64,000 nucleotides of DNA, taken from IMG/VR virus record IMGVR_UViG_3300014350_000183. One strand, written 5' to 3'. The stretch is from an uncultured virus (IMG/VR IMGVR_UViG_3300014350_000183) (lineage: Duplodnaviria > Heunggongvirae > Uroviricota > Caudoviricetes). The notes beneath the pieces are model-generated. The model saw only the letters and a list, made by a program, of their open reading frames with translations, searched no databases and was not told the DNA's origin. Position numbers and translations under genes: made by a program. This document shows positions 1 to 9,188 of the stretch, in pieces (the stretch's first letter is position 1; each line of letters opens with the position of its first letter).

Positions 1-7
1 ACCCGAA

Positions 8-1138
8 ATGGCTTGGTCACGCGACTACAAAACCACCAACATCGTTACACTTATCTCCAAAATGCAAGCCATTAATCCAGATGCGACCCAATGGACAATG
101 ACCACATGGGGCGAATGGATTGACCGTTTCCACGAAGATGATGAACCAGCCGACCCAACATCGGATGAAGCGGTAGATGCGTTGCGTGCGGTTGTCACAG
201 AAATGGGCGGTGTCATTACCGATTCACCACAACCCGAAACACCTATCACCGATGCGCTCACCATTAGCATCATTGGCAAAATTATCAAATTGGCGGATAT
301 GTCAGATGGTGATGCAGAGAAATTAGCCACCAAAATTCATCGCCATGTGTCACCCCTTCTCATCTTCACCGACTGGATTAAATCCAATCGCGCCCGTGTC
401 AAAGTGGCAATTAAACACGCGCTCCGTGAAGCGAATTATGCGGATAATGACGGGATTGAAATCGTCTCAGATGAAATTGCCGACTTCTACCAAAGTGGTG
501 AAATCCCCGCATCCGACATCCTCGAACTCATCACCAAAGCCGAAGAAACGGGCGCGGTCGTGGATGCTATTCTTGAACCCTCATTCGCAGATGTGATAAA
601 ACCACGCATTCAAGTCCTTACACCTGCCGACCCATCTTCTGCAATTGGGTTAGCATCCAACGGAGCAAATTCCACAGTGTTTGTCTATATTGGAATTAAT
701 GAAATTCTCGTGCTAACTGAGAAGATTTACGCCACAGGCGAGCATTTTGTCATTCCCTCAAATCTCGACCCAATCCTCTCCAAAATGGAACGCTATAACC
801 CCAACCCCGATGAATGGGTCTCCATGAGCTGGAACGACTGGTATAAATCCGCCCATTCCGAACCCACCGACACCCCCATCGAAGCACCTCAACCCGTAGC
901 CGATGTGGTCACAACACCCGTCACCCCACCAGCCGATGAATCCACTTTCTCCAATGGAGAAAACACGCCATCCTACACCAACGGCAAAGACCATTCCGCA
1001 CCCTTGCCAGCCACCGCGCCCGATGTGTTGAAATCGCTCATTGACCAATTTCGCCCACTCGAATTGACCGAAATCACCCTCATGATTCAGGCACTTGAAC
1101 ACGTCCGCAAAGAAAAGACAGAAGGGGTATCTGTATGA
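8..1138 (+). CDS. Hypothetical phage protein with an internal repeat; possibly 5'-truncated by the window edge
   Basis: Long ORF whose stop overlaps the next start (ATGA). Repeat: LISKMQAINPDATQWTMTTWGEW vs ILSKMERYNPNPDEWVSMSWNDW. Confidence 0.75.
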   Translation: MAWSRDYKTTNIVTLISKMQAINPDATQWTMTTWGEWIDRFHEDDEPADPTSDEAVDALRAVVTEMGGVITDSPQPETPITDALTISIIGKIIKLADMSDGDAEKLATKIHRHVSPLLIFTDWIKSNRARVKVAIKHALREANYADNDGIEIVSDEIADFYQSGEIPASDILELITKAEETGAVVDAILEPSFADVIKPRIQVLTPADPSSAIGLASNGANSTVFVYIGINEILVLTEKIYATGEHFVIPSNLDPILSKMERYNPNPDEWVSMSWNDWYKSAHSEPTDTPIEAPQPVADVVTTPVTPPADESTFSNGENTPSYTNGKDHSAPLPATAPDVLKSLIDQFRPLELTEITLMIQALEHVRKEKTEGVSV

Positions 1139-1584
1139 AAAATTCGCCACAAATCGCAATCGGGGGGGAGTTACCCCCTATCCACTGGATTACGCCCAAA
1201 AATCGGCACAAAACCTACGCGGAATTGGTGCTAGAGGGGGTGATTAAGCCAACCATCCGCCTAGAAAATTGGGTGGACATCTCTGCTTTGCCCGCAGAAT
1301 TTGCCATCGTCATCGGCACGCCAAAATTAGTCGCGCTCAATCGCATCATCCCAACCCAACCCACTGTCACACTCGCGGGAGTGGCTCATTACCTGAATCG
1401 AAAACGCTACACCGATAGGGACGGGCAATTAGCGTGCGGTATCCAGTTTGCCGATTCGCCGAATGTGTATCTCATCAACGGGCATCATCGCCTCGAAGCA
1501 TCCCGCCGAGCAGGGCGCAAGTTCCTGCGTGTGGTGGTTGAATCTTATCCCTTTTCGTTATCCGAAGCATTGAAAGGACTCTAA
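1135..1584 (+). CDS. ParB/Srx-like N-terminal domain protein
   Basis: IIPTQPTV strand and YLINGHHRLEA, matching the ParB/Srx GxxR signature. Confidence 0.7.
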   Translation: MKNSPQIAIGGELPPIHWITPKNRHKTYAELVLEGVIKPTIRLENWVDISALPAEFAIVIGTPKLVALNRIIPTQPTVTLAGVAHYLNRKRYTDRDGQLACGIQFADSPNVYLINGHHRLEASRRAGRKFLRVVVESYPFSLSEALKGL

Positions 1585-1587
1585 TCC

Positions 1588-1974
1588 ATGCCCAACCAAT
1601 CCGATGTGAAAGAAATTACCATCGAAGAATTTTTGCAATATCCTGAACCCCAATTTGAATTTGCCGTGTTCAATCTCATGGCGATGCGCTCCATGAAGCA
1701 AATCGTCCTGTTTGAGCAAACCCACCGCTACAAGCGCAACACCCCAGAACTGGCAGAGGCACGCCTTATCCTCGAATCGGCTCACCGCAAATTGTTGCTG
1801 GATGTGTGGCACACCCACCCCGAACCCGGCGCGTATGTGTGGGCGGAGCGTGAAGGCATGTGGGTGAAATGCGAAACCCTCATGGACGGCACACGCGAAA
1901 TTGTGGTGGCATCCGACACCAGCCCCGTTCCGATGGTGGCATTCCGCTACACTCTGCCCGCGAAAGGGGGATGA
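1588..1974 (+). CDS. Hypothetical protein
   Basis: Tightly packed ORF in a + operon; its stop overlaps the ATG at 1971. Confidence 0.7.
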   Translation: MPNQSDVKEITIEEFLQYPEPQFEFAVFNLMAMRSMKQIVLFEQTHRYKRNTPELAEARLILESAHRKLLLDVWHTHPEPGAYVWAEREGMWVKCETLMDGTREIVVASDTSPVPMVAFRYTLPAKGG

Positions 1975-2849
1975 CAATGTCCCCACTTGATTATTACCAC
2001 AACGCTAATCAAACGTACAAGCAGTATGCAGATAGATACCCGTTACCCATTTATAAGTTCCCAAATGGGGACTTGTGTGTTGTGAATCGTCATGCAGGGC
2101 TTACATCGCTTGCTGAAAATGGGTTAGCATACATTCAGCAACTACCTATCATCAAGATTAAATTATCCGATTCATCCAAACTGGATTTGACAGGTAATGG
2201 ATTTGTTAAAATCAATGAAAACGAGTGGGAAGCCCCAAATGGGGCAACATTCGACATCCCATTGATAGAGTTAAACCCATTTAGCAATGATGCAATGGTG
2301 TTTTTCAATGCTCAACTACAAACGCATTCCCTATTTTCAATATTTGATACTATCTCACCCCAAGCCTTTAATATGCAAGCAGGTAACAAATACGTGTTAA
2401 AGCATACATTTGAAGTATTCCCCCAAAAGTTTGAGACAGATTGGTACTTCCGATGGGGGATTAAAAGTGGCACGCTCCCAGAATCAATTACATGGGAAAA
2501 TTTTGTCATTCCAACATTAGGATACGGGGATTTTAGAAGTTTTTCGGCACGTCGCATTGCAACAGTTTTGTTTGATGGCTATAGAGGGCGATGCTGTGAA
2601 GCAGAAGGCACAGAAAAGACGGTTATTGTTGTTGAGGCTGTGCGCCATTTTTGGAGCTATGTTGCCAAGTGTGTAGAAACAAAGCAAAAAATATCTGAGC
2701 AGGAGTTTATGGATTGGGTGAACTGGCTTGAACGTGTATCCATGTCGTTTAATTCATGCCACCAAGATACATTGAAAGACATACATCTATTCCCGCCTGA
2801 TAGCCTCACCAAGAATCCTAAGCCAAAACAGTTGTGTTTGTTTTGGTAA
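1971..2849 (+). CDS. Hypothetical protein with C-terminal beta-clamp-binding-like motif (QLCLF)
   Basis: ATGA overlap with the upstream gene after an AAAGGGGG SD; protein ends KPKQLCLFW. Confidence 0.7.
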   Translation: MTMSPLDYYHNANQTYKQYADRYPLPIYKFPNGDLCVVNRHAGLTSLAENGLAYIQQLPIIKIKLSDSSKLDLTGNGFVKINENEWEAPNGATFDIPLIELNPFSNDAMVFFNAQLQTHSLFSIFDTISPQAFNMQAGNKYVLKHTFEVFPQKFETDWYFRWGIKSGTLPESITWENFVIPTLGYGDFRSFSARRIATVLFDGYRGRCCEAEGTEKTVIVVEAVRHFWSYVAKCVETKQKISEQEFMDWVNWLERVSMSFNSCHQDTLKDIHLFPPDSLTKNPKPKQLCLFW

Positions 2850-2871
2850 ATAAAAGAGAAAGAAAATAGCC

Positions 2872-3753
2872 ATGATTAGCGCACAAGACAACGCTTTGGT
2901 GAAAATACCAAAGAAATATCTAAATCCCGATACACTGCTATTCATATCAATAGAGTTCCGAGACCGCCATTTCACATGGCAGACTCATCATGATAGGCTA
3001 TATACAAAAAACGAATCACCTGCCGAGAAAATTGAATCGGCAAACAGATGGCGCGAACCTGTCTTAGTTTTGGTGGGCAAAAAGAGTTTAGCGTCTGACG
3101 AATGGGTGCGCTTATTCCCAAACTGTCTCACAGTCACCAGCGCCCACCAATTCATGCAACAAAGTAAGCCATTGCCACCGCACCCCTTCCAAAACCTAGT
3201 TTTTCTATACCATAGGGGGGATGTCCCAACGATGTTCCTCGATTCGTACCCCTATGAGCTAGACAGACACATATCCCAAAATGGGCGGTTACTTCAGTCG
3301 TTTAATCGGGTAATCATCACCAGTCATTCATTCAAGTTCCCTTTGGATTATTATGGTTATAAACTGGTGGGGGAAAGTTACTGGTATAAGAATTTTACCG
3401 TCGAGCGCCCTGAGCATTGGTCAGACTCCCCAAAACGCGAAATACTGTGCGAGCAGGTCATCAAACCATTTGAACCCCACAAAGTTACGGCATCAGGAAT
3501 ACCAGAAGATGTATGGTCTATTAAACGACTGTATCACCCAGAAATATGCCACTGGATTGGTAAAGGTCTCCAGCCAATAGAGCTAGAAGGGTTACGCCAT
3601 TCATGGGAGTTCCCCCTACTAGAAATCCCAAAATCGGCTGAGCTGTGCGAGTTATTCCCATACGCCGAGACGGTCAGAAAAAACTGGCAAAGCCCTTATG
3701 CCATCTTTGCAGAACTGCCCACCGAAGAATATTGGCTAGACAAAAATGTATAA
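2872..3753 (+). CDS. Hypothetical protein
   Basis: 293-aa ORF continuing the operon; convergent with the par operon. Confidence 0.7.
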   Translation: MISAQDNALVKIPKKYLNPDTLLFISIEFRDRHFTWQTHHDRLYTKNESPAEKIESANRWREPVLVLVGKKSLASDEWVRLFPNCLTVTSAHQFMQQSKPLPPHPFQNLVFLYHRGDVPTMFLDSYPYELDRHISQNGRLLQSFNRVIITSHSFKFPLDYYGYKLVGESYWYKNFTVERPEHWSDSPKREILCEQVIKPFEPHKVTASGIPEDVWSIKRLYHPEICHWIGKGLQPIELEGLRHSWEFPLLEIPKSAELCELFPYAETVRKNWQSPYAIFAELPTEEYWLDKNV

Positions 3754-3774
3754 CCCAACAAAAAAGCGGAGGTA

Positions 3775-4518
3775 CTATCTCCGCTTTTTACTTCCACTTT
3801 TACCGATTGCTTCTATCTCATCTATCAGAACGCGCAAGCCCCGCACCATCTCTTGGCGTTCTTCCTCCCCTACCCTACTGGCTAATTTGCGCTGTTTGGA
3901 TAAAAAAGTAGACATATCTGCCCAAAATTTGGGGATTTTGGTGTCATGTGGCGGTGGGGTAGGGGGAACACCCTTAATTTCATCCGCCATCTTTTTGATA
4001 GACCACCCATTTTCAGACGCACTATTTAACCATTGAGTAGCCACATCAGAATCCCCCTCACACAAAGACAGAGCCGTCTGATGATGACCAAAACTTAACT
4101 TGTCATTACGTGATGACAACTCAAATTTGCGTGCCACCCAAACCAAATTGCGGAGTGTGTCATAGGTGTATCCAGTCATCTCTGCCACCTCCTGATAGGT
4201 CTTACCATACTGGCGTTCCCCATACGCCAGCCAATCCCCGATAATCCATTGGATAGACGTTTCCATTGTGCGGATATGTTGTCCAAACGCTTGCCACTCA
4301 TCAGCATCCACACCATCGGCAATTTGCAAACCCGTCTTTGATATGCGAAAGTTACCAATGGTAATTTGACCACCATCGGCAACCTCAAAGTGAGATAAAC
4401 CCTGAGTAGTATCACCTCCGCCAAGCATAGAATCAGTCAAACTGGATAATGTCGGTATTCCACTATCGCCTTTGCGTGCAAATGGGTTCGTCCCTTTTAC
4501 GCTTGGTCTTTTACCCAT
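3775..4518 (-). CDS. LmbU-like HTH DNA-binding protein; probable ParA partner
   Basis: WIIGDWLAYGERQYG...TGYTYDTLRNLVWVARKF...LSFGHH resembles the LmbU family. Basic N-terminus; overlaps the parA end. Confidence 0.7.
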   Translation of the reverse strand: MGKRPSVKGTNPFARKGDSGIPTLSSLTDSMLGGGDTTQGLSHFEVADGGQITIGNFRISKTGLQIADGVDADEWQAFGQHIRTMETSIQWIIGDWLAYGERQYGKTYQEVAEMTGYTYDTLRNLVWVARKFELSSRNDKLSFGHHQTALSLCEGDSDVATQWLNSASENGWSIKKMADEIKGVPPTPPPHDTKIPKFWADMSTFLSKQRKLASRVGEEERQEMVRGLRVLIDEIEAIGKSGSKKRR

Positions 4519-5309
4519 CCAAGCACCTCCATCGCCTTATTGACGGTTTGCCATGCGTCTTTGGCTTCCTGTCCAGAGGGAGAGAAGGTATATACCAATT
4601 GTTGTGAATTCGTAGCACTCGCCCAACCTGTGCGGAGTGTAATCGGAGACCACACCATATCCCCAAATTGATTCGCCAAAATAGACAGGTTATACCGATG
4701 TAATTCAGTGTTTGCCCGCAATTTGTTTGGCACAATCCCCAAAACAAAACTATCCCGTTGCAGATACCGTTTACGTTGTGTTGCAAACCCCTTCAATTGG
4801 TCAATCGCTTTAATTAACCCATCAAAGCTGAGGCGTTCACACTCGACCACATACAAATAAGCATCTGTCGCCAGCCACACCGCACCGTCAAGTTTGCTCA
4901 TCGTGGGGTTGGTATCCACAATAATCGCATCTAATTTATAGCTGGTTGCAAAATTATCCACCAATTCAACAAATGCAAACGACTTGGTTTCATCCAATTC
5001 GTGGGGGATTTTGAACGTCTTTTCCGCACCCGGTAACAAATATAATGCCCCTTTGGACGGATTATCCGCAGTCGAATAATTTTCGGGTGGCACAAACCGC
5101 ACACAATCCGCCAGTGGCTTATTTTCAATTAACACATCAAACAGCCCATTTTCTTCAGGCATTCCAAACATCAACGCCGCATGTCCTTGCGAGTCCGTGT
5201 CAATCACACCCACACGAACACCCAATGTCGCCAATCCCCCCGCGAGATGGACAGCTATGGTGGATTTACCCACACCACCTTTACGATTCACAATAGCAAT
5301 AGTTATCAT
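4497..5309 (-). CDS. parA: ParA/Soj family partitioning ATPase
   Basis: Deviant Walker A NRKGGVGKST, DTDSQG, IIVDTNP. Confidence 0.93.
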   Translation of the reverse strand: MITIAIVNRKGGVGKSTIAVHLAGGLATLGVRVGVIDTDSQGHAALMFGMPEENGLFDVLIENKPLADCVRFVPPENYSTADNPSKGALYLLPGAEKTFKIPHELDETKSFAFVELVDNFATSYKLDAIIVDTNPTMSKLDGAVWLATDAYLYVVECERLSFDGLIKAIDQLKGFATQRKRYLQRDSFVLGIVPNKLRANTELHRYNLSILANQFGDMVWSPITLRTGWASATNSQQLVYTFSPSGQEAKDAWQTVNKAMEVLGWVKDQA

Positions 5310-5320
5310 TCTATTTTCTC

Positions 5321-6244
5321 CTATAATCCAATAGACTTGCCCAATTCAATCAATTTCTTCAACCCCTCATCGCCCAACACATCACCGAGCGCCTTCAGCG
5401 TATACCGCATATCTACCGCGTCAATCATCACACTGACACGCCGACTCGTTTCACCTTCGCGCTCCCGTCTCTTTTCCACCCCTTCGGCACGATGCTCCAG
5501 CATGGCTTCATACTTTGCATTTTCCAAATCGGTGAGTGTCGCCTTCAGCAACGGCACACCGCCCAAATGACCCGTGCGGATAATCTCTGGCAATACATAG
5601 CTTTCTTTGCCCGCAGGTCTGCCCACCATATCCGCGAGAGGGGCTATCAATTCAGGTGCAGATAGCCCATATTGCGTGATGACCATCAGCACCCCCTCGC
5701 GCACATCTGGCTTGAGTTTGTTCAGCTCGTCCACCATACGCATTCCCCTTACCGCCGTAATCGTCCCGCTTGCAACCAGCTTGGCGATGACAGGGTAGGG
5801 AGAGGCTTGCACGTCATTTTCTACCTTCACCAATTCAACGGCTTGTTTCACATGACCAATCGTTGGGCGTGGCACACCATCCCCTTTGGCGAGGATGGTC
5901 GCCTTGCGGTATGCCGTCAGGCGGTCTGCACCGTTATTCAACATTTTCAATTGTCGCGCATGGGCTTCGGGTAACGTTTTCTCCAATGGAGAATCCTCAC
6001 TCATCCGCAATTCCCCTTCGATAACCGCCGCATCTTTCAGACGAAATAAGTGTGATGCGGATACCCCTCCAAACTCGGCTTTTATGCAGGCATTAAAACT
6101 ATCATACCCAAGCGCGAGATAGCCTTTCCTCTCCCACAAATTCAATACGGCTTGGCGCAAATCCACCATCTTGGTTTTGATGGATTGCACACATGCACGC
6201 GCCTCATCCGCACTCATTGGAGCAATGATAATTCCTACACTCAT
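5321..6244 (-). CDS. Hypothetical DNA-binding protein
   Basis: GYLALGYDSFNACIKAEFG..SASHLFRL segment is typical of mobile-element HTH-like proteins; coupled to the PolX gene. Confidence 0.6.
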   Translation of the reverse strand: MSVGIIIAPMSADEARACVQSIKTKMVDLRQAVLNLWERKGYLALGYDSFNACIKAEFGGVSASHLFRLKDAAVIEGELRMSEDSPLEKTLPEAHARQLKMLNNGADRLTAYRKATILAKGDGVPRPTIGHVKQAVELVKVENDVQASPYPVIAKLVASGTITAVRGMRMVDELNKLKPDVREGVLMVITQYGLSAPELIAPLADMVGRPAGKESYVLPEIIRTGHLGGVPLLKATLTDLENAKYEAMLEHRAEGVEKRREREGETSRRVSVMIDAVDMRYTLKALGDVLGDEGLKKLIELGKSIGL

Positions 6245-7227
6245 GCCACACCTCTCAGAATAGCAATCGCTCCCTGTGCGATGCGTATCATCTTCTCTTC
6301 ACGCGCCCACACGGGCAATTTGCAGGATAGCGTATGTGCGAATGACTCACGGCTTCGGGGCAACCGTCTAAAATAATCCAATTGCGTTTGTGCCTCATGG
6401 CTATCCATCGGGAACTTGCCCCACTTGCCATACCCGGTATGCACCCACACCATCCCGTCATCGCATAAAAATGGCTTCGTCCAATTCCACTGCGCTTTTG
6501 GTGCATTGCCTTTCTTTGGCGTTTTTGCCGCGCTATTTCGCGTTTCCAGCCATTCATCCCAAGAGTATGGGTTGTTTTCGGATTTATCCGCATTTACTGG
6601 CGTTGGGGTAGGGGCATGAACAAACCGACTCACATCACCCCACTTATGACCCCATCTGATGAGGCTTTGATACCGTTCCAATGTGCGGTCTTTCGGCTCA
6701 ATAAACGGGATGCCCAACAAGTCAAAATAGGCTTGTTCATCTGGAATGTGCAATTTTTGCACATTATCCCCCTTTGACCAAATATACCCGCCTTCCATGC
6801 GAAACGGGGCATGATACTTGGCAAAGGTAATCATCATGTGCTTGTTTTTATCTGCGGGTCCCGTCCGTAGCTCATACTCATAGCCCCGATTCCCCATATC
6901 ACACAGGAACAAATCAAATTTGATGGTTGCCCCGCCATGAGTGAAAACGAATGCCCGATATTTCTCCCCCCACCGATACGACTTCTTACCCGTCTTTTCG
7001 TTGGTGTATTCTTTCTTGGCAATCACCCCATCCCGCACCAGCTCGTCCATGTGGGCGAGGAGCGTGGGTTTGGCAATCGCCACCACTTCCACATCACCAA
7101 TATCGGGTTTCTCGCGCCGATAGCTTCCACCGGGTGAAATCCAATCGCAATGCGGGGCGAGGAGCGCCACCATCGCTTCTACGACGGGTGTCGCTGTTTG
7201 TCGGGCAATCCGTTGACCTTCACTCAT
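6241..7227 (-). CDS. polX: Minimal DNA polymerase X / pol beta family nucleotidyltransferase
   Basis: GGSYRREKPDIGDVEVV, KFDLF, RTGPADKN, EQAYFDLLGIPFIEPKDR. No lyase or PHP domain. Confidence 0.85.
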   Translation of the reverse strand: MSEGQRIARQTATPVVEAMVALLAPHCDWISPGGSYRREKPDIGDVEVVAIAKPTLLAHMDELVRDGVIAKKEYTNEKTGKKSYRWGEKYRAFVFTHGGATIKFDLFLCDMGNRGYEYELRTGPADKNKHMMITFAKYHAPFRMEGGYIWSKGDNVQKLHIPDEQAYFDLLGIPFIEPKDRTLERYQSLIRWGHKWGDVSRFVHAPTPTPVNADKSENNPYSWDEWLETRNSAAKTPKKGNAPKAQWNWTKPFLCDDGMVWVHTGYGKWGKFPMDSHEAQTQLDYFRRLPRSRESFAHTLSCKLPVWAREEKMIRIAQGAIAILRGVA

Positions 7228-7230
7228 GGG

Positions 7231-7494
7231 TTAGTCCTCATTCAACTCTGCCCGCAATTGGGCAATCTCATTTTGCACCTTATGTTTCTGATATTCCTGA
7301 TATTCAAACCAGCCGACCTCCGTTCCATCATCCGTAAAATACCCGCCTTGCGCGTTCACTGCATCCACCAATACGGCGAGCTTATCTACGATTGCCATAA
7401 CAGGCGGGTAAATCGCCTTCGCAAGTGCAGTCGCCCATGCTTGAATCTGGCTGTTAAATGCGTCTAATTCTGGTAACTCTGTCGGCTGGTTCAT
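7231..7494 (-). CDS. Hypothetical protein
   Basis: AGGAG SD; fits operon spacing. Confidence 0.7.
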   Translation of the reverse strand: MNQPTELPELDAFNSQIQAWATALAKAIYPPVMAIVDKLAVLVDAVNAQGGYFTDDGTEVGWFEYQEYQKHKVQNEIAQLRAELNED

Positions 7495-7503
7495 ATCATA
7501 CTC

Positions 7504-8046
7504 CTATTTGAGTTTGGCAAATGATAGTTCCCATTGGGCAGAGCTATCAATTTCAACCATAATCGTACAATTAGAATCTTCATCAAATGAAGGGTTTACC
7601 TCGAACAATTCAACCACGGTATTTGTACCTAGAAATGATGCACTGAGATAACCACATGTATCCTCTAAGACAACAATTGTAAGAGTGGTCAAATCGTACT
7701 CTTTCGCATCTGTTACAACAAAGGTAACTTGATATAATTCACCATCAAGCACCAACGGACCAAGAATACCCGTAGGGTTTGCTTCACTGGTAAACGGCCA
7801 TGAACAGTAATGATAAAAAGTAGCAAGTGCCTGATTAATTTGCATCGAAACTTCTGTAGGATTGTTAGTCACAATATCAGCAAACAAATTGACAATCCCT
7901 ATCAAATGCGTTTGCAATTCAACATAATTTTCTTGTGTACACACGTTAACGTCAGTATCCAGATTATCTTCCTGTGCCACAATGCCAACCCCACCAAAAA
8001 TTAGCCCCACCACCAATACGACCAACATATAACGTGCCATTTTCAT
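7504..8046 (-). CDS. Secreted or membrane-anchored protein (possible lysogenic conversion or exclusion factor)
   Basis: AGGAGG SD before the ATG at 8046; signal-peptide-like N-terminus (MARYMLVVLVVGLIFGGVGIVAQ). Confidence 0.65.
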   Translation of the reverse strand: MKMARYMLVVLVVGLIFGGVGIVAQEDNLDTDVNVCTQENYVELQTHLIGIVNLFADIVTNNPTEVSMQINQALATFYHYCSWPFTSEANPTGILGPLVLDGELYQVTFVVTDAKEYDLTTLTIVVLEDTCGYLSASFLGTNTVVELFEVNPSFDEDSNCTIMVEIDSSAQWELSFAKLK

Positions 8047-8122
8047 TTTGTGCCTCCTATTGTTAACCCTAATATTTGAAATGCTTGTAGGTATCAATAG
8101 AAATATATTACTTAATACGAAC

Positions 8123-8323
8123 TTACTCCCCCTTTTTCAGAATAGTCTCGACCTTCTCTAATATATCAGGTCGGTAAATCCTAAATAACTCTTGCAACGC
8201 CGAGTCATCAGTATATTTTTTTGTGGTCTCGAACTGCCGTTCCCCAGCAAAAACACGTAAAAGCGCAATGCTTTTAGGGCTTATCCGTGTTTGTTTGTTG
8301 TGTGATAGTTTTTCGTCTGACAT
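8123..8323 (-). CDS. Small RHH/CopG-like regulator (putative)
   Basis: 66 aa; KQTRISPKSIALLR strand-helix pattern; first gene of the leftward operon; AAAGG SD. Confidence 0.5.
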   Translation of the reverse strand: MSDEKLSHNKQTRISPKSIALLRVFAGERQFETTKKYTDDSALQELFRIYRPDILEKVETILKKGE

Positions 8324-8339
8324 ATATCGCCTTTCTTTA

Positions 8340-8375
8340 TGAACAATTGTACTGCCATAAACATTATTTTGTCAA
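8340..8375 (-). promoter_or_regulatory. Leftward sigma70 promoter overlapped by a LexA-type box
   Basis: TTGACA (8375-8370), 18-nt spacer, TACAAT (8351-8346). Box TGAAC-AATT-GTACT at 8340-8353. Confidence 0.7.
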
Positions 8376-8400
8376 CCTGTATTTACAAAGTAAACAATCA

Positions 8401-8429
8401 TTGACAAAATACAAATATCCCTATAAAAT
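8401..8429 (+). promoter_or_regulatory. Rightward sigma70 promoter (divergent switch region)
   Basis: TTGACA, 17 nt, TAAAAT. Confidence 0.75.
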
Positions 8430-8629
8430 ACCTACATACACATCATACAACAAAACACTGCATGATGTGTATAGCTAGGGTAGGGCGAGCGTCGGGAATA
8501 CAGTTTCAGTCCGCGCCCTACGCTTACCCTACTAATCTCATACTCACATTTTGGGCATCTCCCCGCGCCCGTAAGGATGGTGTAATATATGGTTAACTAA
8601 ACTCGAACATAATACCAACAAGACACATA

Positions 8630-8680
8630 CGAAAAATAGTTCCAATAAATGCTACACAAATTCGGAACATGAGTTATAAT
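8630..8680 (+). promoter_or_regulatory. Two degenerate LexA-type boxes overlapping a -10 TATAAT upstream of the replication operon
   Basis: CGAAA-AATA-GTTCC (8630-8643), GGAAC-ATGA-GTTAT (8664-8677), TATAAT (8675-8680). Confidence 0.5.
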
Positions 8681-8711
8681 GTTGTTAGATGTTCAAATGG
8701 AGAGAAGAACC

Positions 8712-9095
8712 ATGAAACAAAAAGTTATCACCAAAAAACCACGCTGGCATGAATCGGATGTTGAGAACTATGGGGTGTATTATGATGCTACCGCCCCCGA
8801 TAAAGACCTACCGCGCCATCTGGCTACATCCGTCCGCATGAAAATGACCGCCGTAGATGTGATGGAGCAAGGTTTATTCCAAGACCCTCATATCCGCGTA
8901 GTAGTCCCCATCGAATGTCACGATTTCCCCAATTGCCATTTTGAAGTGGTTGCAATGGAAAAACCAAGCCCACGCTCCCCGCGTATTGACGTGCGGATTA
9001 AATACATCGCACCAGAATCAAATCGCCTCAGTGGGTTTGCACACACCGTCCGCATGAATCCAAAAGCGCGTTTGCACATTATCGTTAACCAATAA
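8712..9095 (+). CDS. Hypothetical protein
   Basis: GGAG SD before the ATG at 8712. Confidence 0.7.
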   Translation: MKQKVITKKPRWHESDVENYGVYYDATAPDKDLPRHLATSVRMKMTAVDVMEQGLFQDPHIRVVVPIECHDFPNCHFEVVAMEKPSPRSPRIDVRIKYIAPESNRLSGFAHTVRMNPKARLHIIVNQ

Positions 9096-9188
9096 CGAAC
9101 CTGTGCATCCGCGCTCTTTGTATCTACAGGTGTTGTGGTCTACCGCCAAGTATGCCCACAACATCTGTGTATGAAAGGATAACTCAGA

